Virus record (IMG/VR): IMGVR_UViG_3300011115_000879
Coordinates: 1-64,000 of that record
DNA: 64,000 nucleotides
Strand: one strand, 5' to 3'
Source: a virus
How positions within the stretch are numbered: position 1 is the stretch's first letter; every line of letters starts with the position of its first letter. The position numbers and the translations under genes were made by a program. Shown here piece by piece: positions 47,143 to 55,539 of the stretch. The notes below the pieces were generated by a model. The model saw only the letters and a program-made list of their open reading frames with translations, was not told the DNA's origin and did no database searches.

Positions 47143-47361
47143 ATGAATAATAAGCTCAAAAAATCACCATCACCGCTCCGTCTCCACAAATATACTCCAC
47201 CCGAACAAGCACTCATTAATTCCCTATACACCAACGGGCATCTTAAACCCGCAATGATGGAAGTATGGGACCAATTAAAAGCCGGTAATGAGGTTATCCG
47301 CCGCAATCAGCTCAACTTCCACTCACACATAGAACGAGTAATAAAGAACCAGGTAAAATAA
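47143..47361 (+). CDS. Hypothetical protein
   Basis: GTTATG start. Confidence 0.5.
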   Translation: MNNKLKKSPSPLRLHKYTPPEQALINSLYTNGHLKPAMMEVWDQLKAGNEVIRRNQLNFHSHIERVIKNQVK

Positions 47362-47398
47362 AAATTAACCGTCAGAATAATAAGCGTATATTCACGGC

Positions 47399-47632
47399 AT
47401 GAAAAATAAGAACATGACACCAGCAGTAGAAAAAGCGAATGACTTAATCGATGATTACTATAACATGTTAATGGATAATATAGACGATGAGTTCATTAGA
47501 CGATTAGTAGCTATACGGTGTGCATTAAAGGCAGTAGATGAAATAATAAACACGCTCACCAATTCATGGTGCGTGATATCAGATAAGGAAAACTGGGACG
47601 AGGTAAAACAACAATTAGAAAACAGCTATTAA
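47399..47632 (+). CDS. Hypothetical protein, MTP.EKA..AVDEII..W.EVK family
   Basis: Motif shared with 28186 and others; promoter at 47371. Confidence 0.65.
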   Translation: MKNKNMTPAVEKANDLIDDYYNMLMDNIDDEFIRRLVAIRCALKAVDEIINTLTNSWCVISDKENWDEVKQQLENSY

Positions 47633-47642
47633 ACCAACCAAT

Positions 47643-47849
47643 ATGAACTGGATAGAAGTAACAAAGCACTCAGACATCCCAAGTATAATCTACACCGATA
47701 GAATAAAAATACTAATTGAAGACGTTAACGGGTTCATAGGAGTGGGATACTGGAACTCATATGACTGGGTATTAGACACCTATCACCATGATATTGATGG
47801 TGAAATACGCTTCTATAAGATTAAACGATACGCACTAATAGAATTATAA
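47643..47849 (+). CDS. Hypothetical protein
   Basis: MNWIEV.. small phage domain. Confidence 0.6.
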   Translation: MNWIEVTKHSDIPSIIYTDRIKILIEDVNGFIGVGYWNSYDWVLDTYHHDIDGEIRFYKIKRYALIEL

Positions 47850-47867
47850 ACCATTAAACCAACCAAC

Positions 47868-48116
47868 ATGGAAAGAATAAACACAGCACCCACACCCACG
47901 TTTAAAGTAAATGACCGAGTCCAATTCTACACCCAATACAGCGAGCGAGGAAGTGCTCCAACAACAAGTACCATCGAGTATGGAATCATAGAGAAGATAA
48001 ACACCATCACAGCGGAAGTAAGAACACGAGACGGTAAATGGAAACTACGGAGGGGTGAAATGACCCACTACACCGATCCATTTATCGGGTGGGTGGATGA
48101 GGAACCCAGTAAGTAA
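47868..48116 (+). CDS. Hypothetical SH3/KOW-like protein
   Basis: FKVNDRVQF..GIIEKIN..AEV. Confidence 0.55.
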   Translation: MERINTAPTPTFKVNDRVQFYTQYSERGSAPTTSTIEYGIIEKINTITAEVRTRDGKWKLRRGEMTHYTDPFIGWVDEEPSK

Positions 48117-48471
48117 CTAGACGCCCAGCCTATAGATCCGAGGAGCGTGAGCCTTAGAGCTCGCGCTTCCTCTATTGAGATCGAGCCGATAGCGGTTGCG
48201 TGCGGCCCGATAGCGGGGTGGGTGCGGAACGGCCCCACGCTAATCGCGGTACATCGATGGGGCGTGTGCGGCGCGACAAAAGGTATGGGTATTCTCAACA
48301 CACACACGATCTTTAACTATCGACAGTATATACGCATATCCCCATAAACGAACCCCAAATTCCGAAATAACCCTTTCACCCCAAATTCACAAAATCCCAA
48401 CTCTAACTTTTAACAAAATTTTACGTGTCGGCAAGATATATACCGTATATTTATCACATAATACCAAATAA

Positions 48472-48712
48472 CATGACGCCGCTAGAAAAAGCCAATAGAA
48501 TAATTCAGGAATCTAAATTAAATCTTAAGTGGCACTACTATGATAATTTATCTAAGTACGATAAAATAAAAGTAATCAATTGTTCTTTGCTAGTAGTTAA
48601 CGAATTAATTGACGAAAGTCGAGAACAAGGAAATGTAGAACGTTTTAAATATTTTAGAGAAGTAAAAAAAGAAATCGAAAACCATGATACCAACAGAGAT
48701 ACTATTGACTAA
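48472..48712 (+). CDS. Hypothetical protein, MTPLEKA family
   Basis: Start moved to the MTPLEKA ATG after the promoter at 48430. Confidence 0.6.
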
Positions 48713-48854
48713 ATTAGCGTTTGAGGAATACGTTAAACGCATACATGATAGTAGCGCCGCAAAATATGGATTAACCGTTGAACAGTATCAACATGCCGTA
48801 GCTAGTGGTAGTATAGTTACTCCAAATACGAACCTTAATACCCAGCAAAAATAA
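48684..48854 (+). CDS. 56-aa hypothetical protein
   Basis: MIPTEILLTKLAFEEY..; fills the gap. Confidence 0.45.
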   Translation: MIPTEILLTKLAFEEYVKRIHDSSAAKYGLTVEQYQHAVASGSIVTPNTNLNTQQK

Positions 48855-48859
48855 TAGTT

Positions 48860-49363
48860 ATGTTAAAAGAAATTACACTCGAAGAAGCAAAACAATATCG
48901 TAAATTAAATGATTATGATTTATATAGTATGCATTTGGTTACGGCTTTTAGTAAACATAAAGATCCTAATGACGACCCAAAGTGGGATACTATAACATAT
49001 TATAGCGATATTAGAGGTGGAATTACTGATGAGCAAGGAGATTTAATTCATCCTCACTATGTTTATATTCTTACCAATCCTTCTATACCGGGTATTGTTA
49101 AAATAGGTCATACTACTCGTACAGTATATGATCGTGTGAAGGAAATTAATGCTGCCCCTGGTGTTATTTTTCCTTGGGAAATGCGTTTTACATATAAGTG
49201 TCCTAATGGTCGTATGCTTGAGGAAGAAATTCATTCACATTTACAAGATTTAGGTCTTCGTCCAAATAAAAGACGTGAAGGTTTTACTATTGACGTAAAT
49301 GACGCTATTAAAGTTATTGAGGATTTAGGGAAAAAATACACAATCGCATTATCAAATATATAA
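48860..49363 (+). CDS. T5orf172/GIY-YIG domain protein
   Basis: VYILTNPSIPGIVKIGHT..RV..LEEEIH..REGF. Confidence 0.8.
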   Translation: MLKEITLEEAKQYRKLNDYDLYSMHLVTAFSKHKDPNDDPKWDTITYYSDIRGGITDEQGDLIHPHYVYILTNPSIPGIVKIGHTTRTVYDRVKEINAAPGVIFPWEMRFTYKCPNGRMLEEEIHSHLQDLGLRPNKRREGFTIDVNDAIKVIEDLGKKYTIALSNI

Positions 49364-49388
49364 ATCAACGCTTTTAAAATCGCAAACA

Positions 49389-49574
49389 ATGACTAGAAGA
49401 CAAAAATTGATAAAATTATTGGGTACTATACTTATAATTGTACTTCATAATTATATAATGAGGGTAAAAGGTATAGATTCATTTCAATTTATATCTTTCT
49501 TTGCACTACATTTTTTATGGTGTGAAAGTTGGAGTGTATATACGGAGAGGAAAAGGGAAGAAGTAGTCGGCTAG
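49389..49574 (+). CDS. Small membrane protein
   Basis: Two hydrophobic segments. Confidence 0.5.
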   Translation: MTRRQKLIKLLGTILIIVLHNYIMRVKGIDSFQFISFFALHFLWCESWSVYTERKREEVVG

Positions 49575-49613
49575 TTTTAGGTTTTTGTATTTGTAATATA
49601 TTTATCATCAGCA

Positions 49614-50174
49614 ATGAGTCATTACAAGATCAAATTAGAAGATAAAGCTGCATTTTTAAATCGTCTTGAAAAACAAGACATTCATATTGGTAGCTATGAT
49701 ATAACTGATAATAAGTATGAAGGTTACTTCGAAGTTGATATTGAAGATGAATATGCTAATAAAATTATAAAATCTATTTTAAACAAATCCCCTAAAATAA
49801 ACACAATTAAAGAAATGAGACAACAAATAACTAAAACTCAATTGAAACAAATTATTCGCGAAGAATTGGGTAAAATGAAAAAAATTAATGAGTACGATGA
49901 AACAAATAGTGGTACAGTTGGTCTAGGGTTTTGGGCTCTAGATAATTATCCATGGATTAAAGATGCTCTAGGTACTAGTGATGCAGAACAAATAGGTGAT
50001 GCTTTAATTATGATGGCTTCTTTTGTTCCAGTAGTAGGTGGTGGTATAGCAGGAGTAATTGCGACTATTAGAAATGCTAGAAAAGCTAAAAAACAAGCTG
50101 GCGGTGCAATAGCAGAAAATGAAGGGGATGGAGAATTAGCAGATATTGTTGCTAAAATTAAGTTTCCTAAATAA
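49614..50174 (+). CDS. Probable virion-associated protein
   Basis: LKQIIREE/INE motifs and a TM-like segment; late motif at 49598. Confidence 0.55.
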   Translation: MSHYKIKLEDKAAFLNRLEKQDIHIGSYDITDNKYEGYFEVDIEDEYANKIIKSILNKSPKINTIKEMRQQITKTQLKQIIREELGKMKKINEYDETNSGTVGLGFWALDNYPWIKDALGTSDAEQIGDALIMMASFVPVVGGGIAGVIATIRNARKAKKQAGGAIAENEGDGELADIVAKIKFPK

Positions 50175-50198
50175 TTACTAATACGTTTAATATAATTT

Positions 50199-50232
50199 TA
50201 GGGCAGCTCGAAAGAGTTGCCCTATTCTATTT
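50199..50232 (+). terminator. Intrinsic terminator
   Basis: TAGGGCAGCTC-GAAA-GAGTTGCCCTA-TTCTATTT. Confidence 0.8.
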
Positions 50233-50365
50233 GGATGTCAGAATTTTCTCCACTAACTTAATATTACAAGCGGTTTGAATAAAATGTTTGAGAGAAGAAA
50301 GGAAGAAGAGAGAAAATAAATAATGGAAACATAAAGAATCGTATATTTATATATAAACATATATT

Positions 50366-50566
50366 ATGAGATATAAAAACAACGTCTTAGATAAACTACA
50401 AGCGACGGATACTGCTGTTAATCGTATTAAGATACAAGTAAATAGAAATGTAAGTCAAGATGAAATTCTTGAATCTATTGAAACATTAAAAGAAACATTA
50501 GAACAAATTAGAGAAATAATTTCCGTTGAACCGGATGATTTTGATCAACAATTTAGACCTCAATAA
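50366..50566 (+). CDS. Hypothetical protein
   Basis: Late motif at 50343. Confidence 0.65.
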   Translation: MRYKNNVLDKLQATDTAVNRIKIQVNRNVSQDEILESIETLKETLEQIREIISVEPDDFDQQFRPQ

Positions 50567-50572
50567 GAAAAT

Positions 50573-50848
50573 ATGCAAATAATGTTATGGGTAGTATTAG
50601 TACATATTATTGAAATAATTGGTATTGCTGGTTATTTAATAATTAGAAAAAATACTAAATTAGAAAAAGCATTAGTAAATCAACAACAATATATAGATGC
50701 TATTAGTATTGTTATTAACGATTCTAATACTGTCATTCAGGAATTAGATAATAGAGGTGCTTTTGAATCAGACGATGAAGTAGGTACATTCTTTAGGAAT
50801 ATAAAAGAAATTCAAACTATCTTAAATCAATTTAATAATAAAAATTAA
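50573..50848 (+). CDS. TM plus coiled-coil protein
   Basis: N-terminal TM; GAFESDDEVG. Confidence 0.65.
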   Translation: MQIMLWVVLVHIIEIIGIAGYLIIRKNTKLEKALVNQQQYIDAISIVINDSNTVIQELDNRGAFESDDEVGTFFRNIKEIQTILNQFNNKN

Positions 50849-50898
50849 TTTGGTTACGTTATTTCCTGTTATTATATTGTCAATAAACAATTAATAAT

Positions 50899-51678
50899 AT
50901 GTCATATTACGAAGAAGACGTAAACGTATTTCTAGATAATGAATTTGGAACAGTAGCATTAAATAAACGTGGACAACCTCGTCAACGTAGACCAAAAGAA
51001 CCTCGTATTTATTTTACTGAGGATACTGATAATGCAATTATTGAATATCTAGACTCCTCAGATCAATCATTTCGTAATCAGCTTTATAGGGAGCGTATTG
51101 AGTACGCTTTCTATAAATTAGCTGAAAATATAATCCATACATTCAAATTTTATTATACTGACTCAGATACTATTGAGGAATTAAAACATGAAGTAGTAAC
51201 GTTTCTACTTGAGAAACTTCACTTATACGATCAATCTAAAGGTAAAGCATTTTCTTACTTCGGCACTATTGCCAAACGCTACCTAATCGTTTATAATAAT
51301 AATAATTATAAAAAGCTTCAGGAACATGCTGAAGTAGAGGAAATAGATGACGATAAAGTTATTTTATACGATACTATCCGTACAGCAGAAGAACAAGAAG
51401 ATCCAAATACATTTATAGATCAGTACATACGATACGTAGATAAGTATTTATATAATATATTTCCTAAATCTCAAGATGCTAAAACAGCAGATGCTATTAT
51501 GGAATTATTTCGTAAACGTGAAACATTAGATATATTTAATAAAAAAGCATTATATATCTATATTCGTGAAATTACGGATACTACAACTCCTCAAATTACT
51601 AAAGTAACTAAAAAACTAGATAGTTTACGTACTAAATTATATAATGAATATTACCAACACGGATATATAAGAAATTAA
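50899..51678 (+). CDS. Sigma-factor-like protein (T4 gp55/sigma70 region 2-like)
   Basis: ELKHEVVTFLLEKLHLYDQSKGKAFSYFGTIAKRYL resembles sigma region 2.2-2.4. Confidence 0.65.
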   Translation: MSYYEEDVNVFLDNEFGTVALNKRGQPRQRRPKEPRIYFTEDTDNAIIEYLDSSDQSFRNQLYRERIEYAFYKLAENIIHTFKFYYTDSDTIEELKHEVVTFLLEKLHLYDQSKGKAFSYFGTIAKRYLIVYNNNNYKKLQEHAEVEEIDDDKVILYDTIRTAEEQEDPNTFIDQYIRYVDKYLYNIFPKSQDAKTADAIMELFRKRETLDIFNKKALYIYIREITDTTTPQITKVTKKLDSLRTKLYNEYYQHGYIRN

Positions 51679-51707
51679 GTACGTATATTTATTAATAAAC
51701 GCAATTT

Positions 51708-52100
51708 ATGGCTAATTTTGATGACGTTACCCTATTCGGTAGCACGTCATTATCCGATTTATTTAAACAAATTCATAGAAATAATAAGGATACTGATAAA
51801 CAAATTAATGAATTGATTGATGCTCTTAAACCATTAGCATCATCTAATGCTGGTTCTGCAGTAATGTTAATGCCTACTGTTAAAGATTTAATTGATGTTA
51901 ATGTAAAAAATAATGATCAATTAATTAAGATGGCAGGTATAGCACAACGTGCATCAACAGCTAATAATAATAATGCAGATTCTTTCTTTAATCCTGATGA
52001 AATGCAATTATTATTAGAAGAACAACGCGCTATACAAATTGAAGGAAATAAATTACTAGAACAAACTGAAACTATACAACACCAAATTGAAAATAAATGA
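51708..52100 (+). CDS. Conserved hypothetical late protein
   Basis: Late motif at 51685; helical. Confidence 0.6.
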   Translation: MANFDDVTLFGSTSLSDLFKQIHRNNKDTDKQINELIDALKPLASSNAGSAVMLMPTVKDLIDVNVKNNDQLIKMAGIAQRASTANNNNADSFFNPDEMQLLLEEQRAIQIEGNKLLEQTETIQHQIENK

Positions 52101-53260
52101 GAATAAGAGAAAATTTAGGTGGGTTATTAGTAGCAACTAGTAAAAAATCTCAAATTCCTGTTATTAAACCCCAAATGGGTAAAGTATTTGGAGTAATTAC
52201 TACCGAAAATACACCTACTAAAGAATTATTTGATAATAATGGTGGATGGAAATCTATAGGTACTATATTTTATCAAGATTATAGTCAATATAAAAATATA
52301 GATACTACTGATTTAACTAAATGTAAAATAGCTAAACCACTTCATGCTAGTAATCAAAATTATCCTTTAGTAGGAGAAATAGTTCAACTTATAGATTCAG
52401 TTGCTCCTACTAGTCAAGTAAGTAATACTGCAATTCAAAAATATTATACTAACGTTATTAATTTATGGAATAGTGGACAACAAAATGCACCATCCGGAGA
52501 TAGTTTAGGTAAAACATTTTCTGAAAATGCTGATGTTAGAAATTTAATTTCATTTGAAGGAGATAGAATATATCAAGGTAGAAAAGGAAATGGTATACGT
52601 TTTGGAAGTACAGTAAAATCCCATTCAGATATAAATGAATGGAGTGATTTAGGAAATGATGGAGATCCAATTACTATATTAGTAAATGGATATGTAACTA
52701 CAAATAAAAAATCATTAGTACCTAATGTTGAAGAAATAGATAAAGAAATGTCATCAATTTATATGACATCTACTCAACAAATTCATCTAACACCAGATAT
52801 AATTACTACTTTAAATCCATTAACACAACCTAAATTTCCAAATGTTTATAAAAATGGATCTCAAATAATATTAAATAGCGATAGAGTTACTTTAAATTCT
52901 AAAAAAGATGAAGTAATGATATTTGCTAAAACAAATATTGAACTTAATACTAATAATATTATAAATCACAATGCTGGAAGGAGAGTACATTTAAATTCTC
53001 CTATAATATGGTTAGGAACTAAATCTGATAATACACAACCAACAGAACCTTTATTATTAGGAAATAAAACAACAGAATTATTTAGACAACTTATAAGTGT
53101 ATTATCAACATTAGGTACAGACTTAATATCAGTTGTAACTCCTTTACCAGGTGCTCCTTTAGTAGGAGTAAATGTTGCTGGAACTAAATTAGCCTCTAGC
53201 TTATCTACACTACAAGATTTACTTAAAGATATTACTTCAAAAAATAATTTTACTATATAA
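52097..53260 (+). CDS. Baseplate hub/spike protein (gp5-like)
   Basis: YPLVGEIV, EGDRIYQGRKGNGIRFG, QIILNSDRV, EPLLLG beta-repeat region. Confidence 0.6.
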   Translation: MRIRENLGGLLVATSKKSQIPVIKPQMGKVFGVITTENTPTKELFDNNGGWKSIGTIFYQDYSQYKNIDTTDLTKCKIAKPLHASNQNYPLVGEIVQLIDSVAPTSQVSNTAIQKYYTNVINLWNSGQQNAPSGDSLGKTFSENADVRNLISFEGDRIYQGRKGNGIRFGSTVKSHSDINEWSDLGNDGDPITILVNGYVTTNKKSLVPNVEEIDKEMSSIYMTSTQQIHLTPDIITTLNPLTQPKFPNVYKNGSQIILNSDRVTLNSKKDEVMIFAKTNIELNTNNIINHNAGRRVHLNSPIIWLGTKSDNTQPTEPLLLGNKTTELFRQLISVLSTLGTDLISVVTPLPGAPLVGVNVAGTKLASSLSTLQDLLKDITSKNNFTI

Positions 53261-54744
53261 TGATTACATACACATATGAAGTTTTTGAAGATAAAGATTA
53301 TAGATGGGTAAAAGTTTATGATAAAGATAATAAAATATGGTTTGATGGATATGATGACAAACAATTTAAAAATTCTATTGAAGGAGCATTTGATGTTAGT
53401 ATAGTACGATATACTAGGGATTTATTAATTAATTTTAGTAAAACAGATAAAACAAAGGAAGCTATTAGTAAAATGACTAATAGAAGAACAGATCAACCTG
53501 AATATAATAACCAAGCTGCTACTAAAGAACAAATAAAAAAACCAGAAGAACAAACAAAAAAACCAGAAGAACAAACAAATTCATCTTCTTCTACATACAC
53601 ATATGAAATTTTTGAAGATAAAGATTATAGATGGGTAAAAGTTTATAAAAAAAATGAATTATTTCGCGATGGATATACTGCTAAAGAATTTATACTTGGA
53701 AATTTTGAAGCATTACCAACTAGTATAGTAAGAAGAGCTAGAGATTGGATAATTGATTTTGATAATAAATTCACAAAAAAAGAAAAAGAAGCTATTAGTA
53801 AAATGACTAATAGAAGAACAGATCAACCCGAATTTAATAATAAAGCCCCTGTCAAAGAACCCCCAGAATCTAAAAAAGATATTCCTGCTAACGATTTAAA
53901 ACCAGCAAAAGAAGAAAAAAAGAAAATAACTTCTAAAATAAAAAAAGATAAAGATAAAACTAAATTAGATACTTCTAAAGCTAATACTCAACGAAATATA
54001 CAAGTAATTAAAGCACCCCAACCACCTGATAAAAAAATAGCAATAATATTATCTAGTATATTATTAGCAGCATTACTTAAAATATTAGCAGAGCAAAAAT
54101 CTAAACTACAAGATTTAGTAGTAAAAACAAATATTATAGTAGATAAAGCTAATACAACTGATCAAGTAATTCAAGCAATAACTTTAAAAAATGCCGCTTT
54201 ATCTGTAATAAGTAGTCAAGAAAATAAACTACAAGCTATAAATAAACAACTTGAAGTAATAAATACTATATTAGAATTATTAAGTATTATAATATCCATA
54301 TTAACACCATTAATAACTTTAAATCCTGGATTAAAGATAGTTATCGATAAAATTAAAGCTATAATAGATGCTATAAAATCAATGTTAGCTATATTAATTC
54401 CTATATTTCAACAAGCAATTGGTGATTTAGAAGATTTAAAAGCTCAACTACGTGATGCCATATTAAAAATAGATACAACTGCAGCTGCTACTATACCTAA
54501 TCTTAATAATAATATTACTTTTGGAACTAATTCTAATATTAATCCATATAAGAATTTTACATTTGCTTTAAAAGAAGAAGACAATCCTAAATTTAATGTA
54601 AGAGGTAATAAGCGCCATTATGCCGTAGCAATTAATCGTAATGGAACAGAAATAGTAAAAAGTGATTATTCATTCACACAAGATCCAAATGACTTAATAG
54701 AACAACTTAAACTTATTATAGATCAACAAAATTTACAAGGCTAA
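53260..54744 (+). CDS. Tail-region protein with duplicated N-terminal domain
   Basis: Two TYTYE.FEDKDYRWVKVY...EAISKMTNRRTDQPE repeats, then coiled-coil/hydrophobic region. Confidence 0.6.
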   Translation: MITYTYEVFEDKDYRWVKVYDKDNKIWFDGYDDKQFKNSIEGAFDVSIVRYTRDLLINFSKTDKTKEAISKMTNRRTDQPEYNNQAATKEQIKKPEEQTKKPEEQTNSSSSTYTYEIFEDKDYRWVKVYKKNELFRDGYTAKEFILGNFEALPTSIVRRARDWIIDFDNKFTKKEKEAISKMTNRRTDQPEFNNKAPVKEPPESKKDIPANDLKPAKEEKKKITSKIKKDKDKTKLDTSKANTQRNIQVIKAPQPPDKKIAIILSSILLAALLKILAEQKSKLQDLVVKTNIIVDKANTTDQVIQAITLKNAALSVISSQENKLQAINKQLEVINTILELLSIIISILTPLITLNPGLKIVIDKIKAIIDAIKSMLAILIPIFQQAIGDLEDLKAQLRDAILKIDTTAAATIPNLNNNITFGTNSNINPYKNFTFALKEEDNPKFNVRGNKRHYAVAINRNGTEIVKSDYSFTQDPNDLIEQLKLIIDQQNLQG

Positions 54745-54756
54745 ATATTTATACAC

Positions 54757-55122
54757 ATGAACGTTAAATTATTTAAAAAACTAATTAAAGACGCAGTAAC
54801 TGAAGCTCTATATGAAGATCTACCAGATATTATTAGCGAAGTATTAGCTAAGCAAAATAAACAACAGCTTAGTGAAAATAGAACAATGAGTTTTACTAGC
54901 GCTAATGTAGCTCCATTATCTGGAGATGTACGTAATTCATTAATGACTAAAATGGGAGCTGAATTTGGTTTTCAACAACCACAACAATCTACTAAATTAG
55001 AAGTAATTGATGCTGTTGATGAAGCAACAGGAGAAAGAGTAAATCCATATTTAGCATTTCTAAATGACTCAGCAGCTAATATGTCTCATGCTGATAGATC
55101 AGGATTAAGAAATTTAGATTAA
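54757..55122 (+). CDS. Hypothetical late protein
   Basis: KKLIKDAVTEAL; late motif at 54745. Confidence 0.6.
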   Translation: MNVKLFKKLIKDAVTEALYEDLPDIISEVLAKQNKQQLSENRTMSFTSANVAPLSGDVRNSLMTKMGAEFGFQQPQQSTKLEVIDAVDEATGERVNPYLAFLNDSAANMSHADRSGLRNLD

Positions 55123-55123
55123 T

Positions 55124-55537
55124 ATGCCTATACCTACTACCGTACGTGTTAATCCCTTAGATTTGCGAAAAAATATCGCAATTGGGGTATCTCTTCCCTT
55201 TAATGGCCCTTCAGGACCATTTAATAGTACATATAGTACTCAAGATCAAATTAAATCTAATTTAATTAATTTAATACTTACTAATAAAGGTGAAAGAGTA
55301 TTTAATCCTGAATTTGGTTTAGGACTTAGAGATATATTATTCGAAGGTATTACAGATGATATAGTACCTATTATACAGGATTTAATTGTAACAGGTACTA
55401 ATATGTTTATTCCCGAAATAATAATAGTAGAAACTATAGTAGATTTAAATAAAGATGATAATAGTATATCTATAACCGTTAATTATAGATTAAAAATTTC
55501 AGGAACAGCAGATCAAATTACAGTACAATTTATATAA
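55124..55537 (+). CDS. Baseplate wedge protein (gp25-like)
   Basis: QIKSNLINLILTNKGERVFNPEFG. Confidence 0.85.
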   Translation: MPIPTTVRVNPLDLRKNIAIGVSLPFNGPSGPFNSTYSTQDQIKSNLINLILTNKGERVFNPEFGLGLRDILFEGITDDIVPIIQDLIVTGTNMFIPEIIIVETIVDLNKDDNSISITVNYRLKISGTADQITVQFI

Positions 55538-55539
55538 AA

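Larger units (their letters stand above)
35213..47394 (+). repeat. Dispersed promoter-leader repeat array: 32 copies of G(G/T)CA-N12-TA(C/T)ATT(C/T)A, mostly followed by (CGTT/ATCG)AACCAAAAA..ATG
   Basis: Copies at 35213, 35670, 36068, 36315, 36537, 37392, 38472, 38714, 39582, 39835, 40084, 40503, 40980, 41098, 41343, 41824, 42011, 42744, 42995, 43378, 43580, 43986, 44317, 44575, 45121, 45390, 45640, 45858, 46088, 46228, 46442, 47371 (41824 has AGCA; 38472 has TATCTTTA). Confidence 0.9.

Noticed and set aside
35213-47400. CRISPR array or integron attC interpretation of the repeats
   Set aside because: The intervening sequences are 100-900 bp ORFs of variable length, the repeats are degenerate and mostly non-palindromic, and there is no cas or integrase gene; a promoter explanation fits better
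48068-48347. ORFs 48147(+) and 48068(-)
   Set aside because: They arise from the GC-rich tract; codon usage is unlike the phage genes and there is no leader
638-53364. Minus-strand ORFs in the track (e.g. 638, 941, 6538, 8803, 20615, 42462, 52966)
   Set aside because: They are antisense shadows of well-supported + strand genes or tRNAs, with no leaders or motifs
53260-53850. Diversity-generating retroelement TR/VR pair
   Set aside because: Both repeats are in frame in one gene, differences are not adenine-specific, and no reverse transcriptase is in the window
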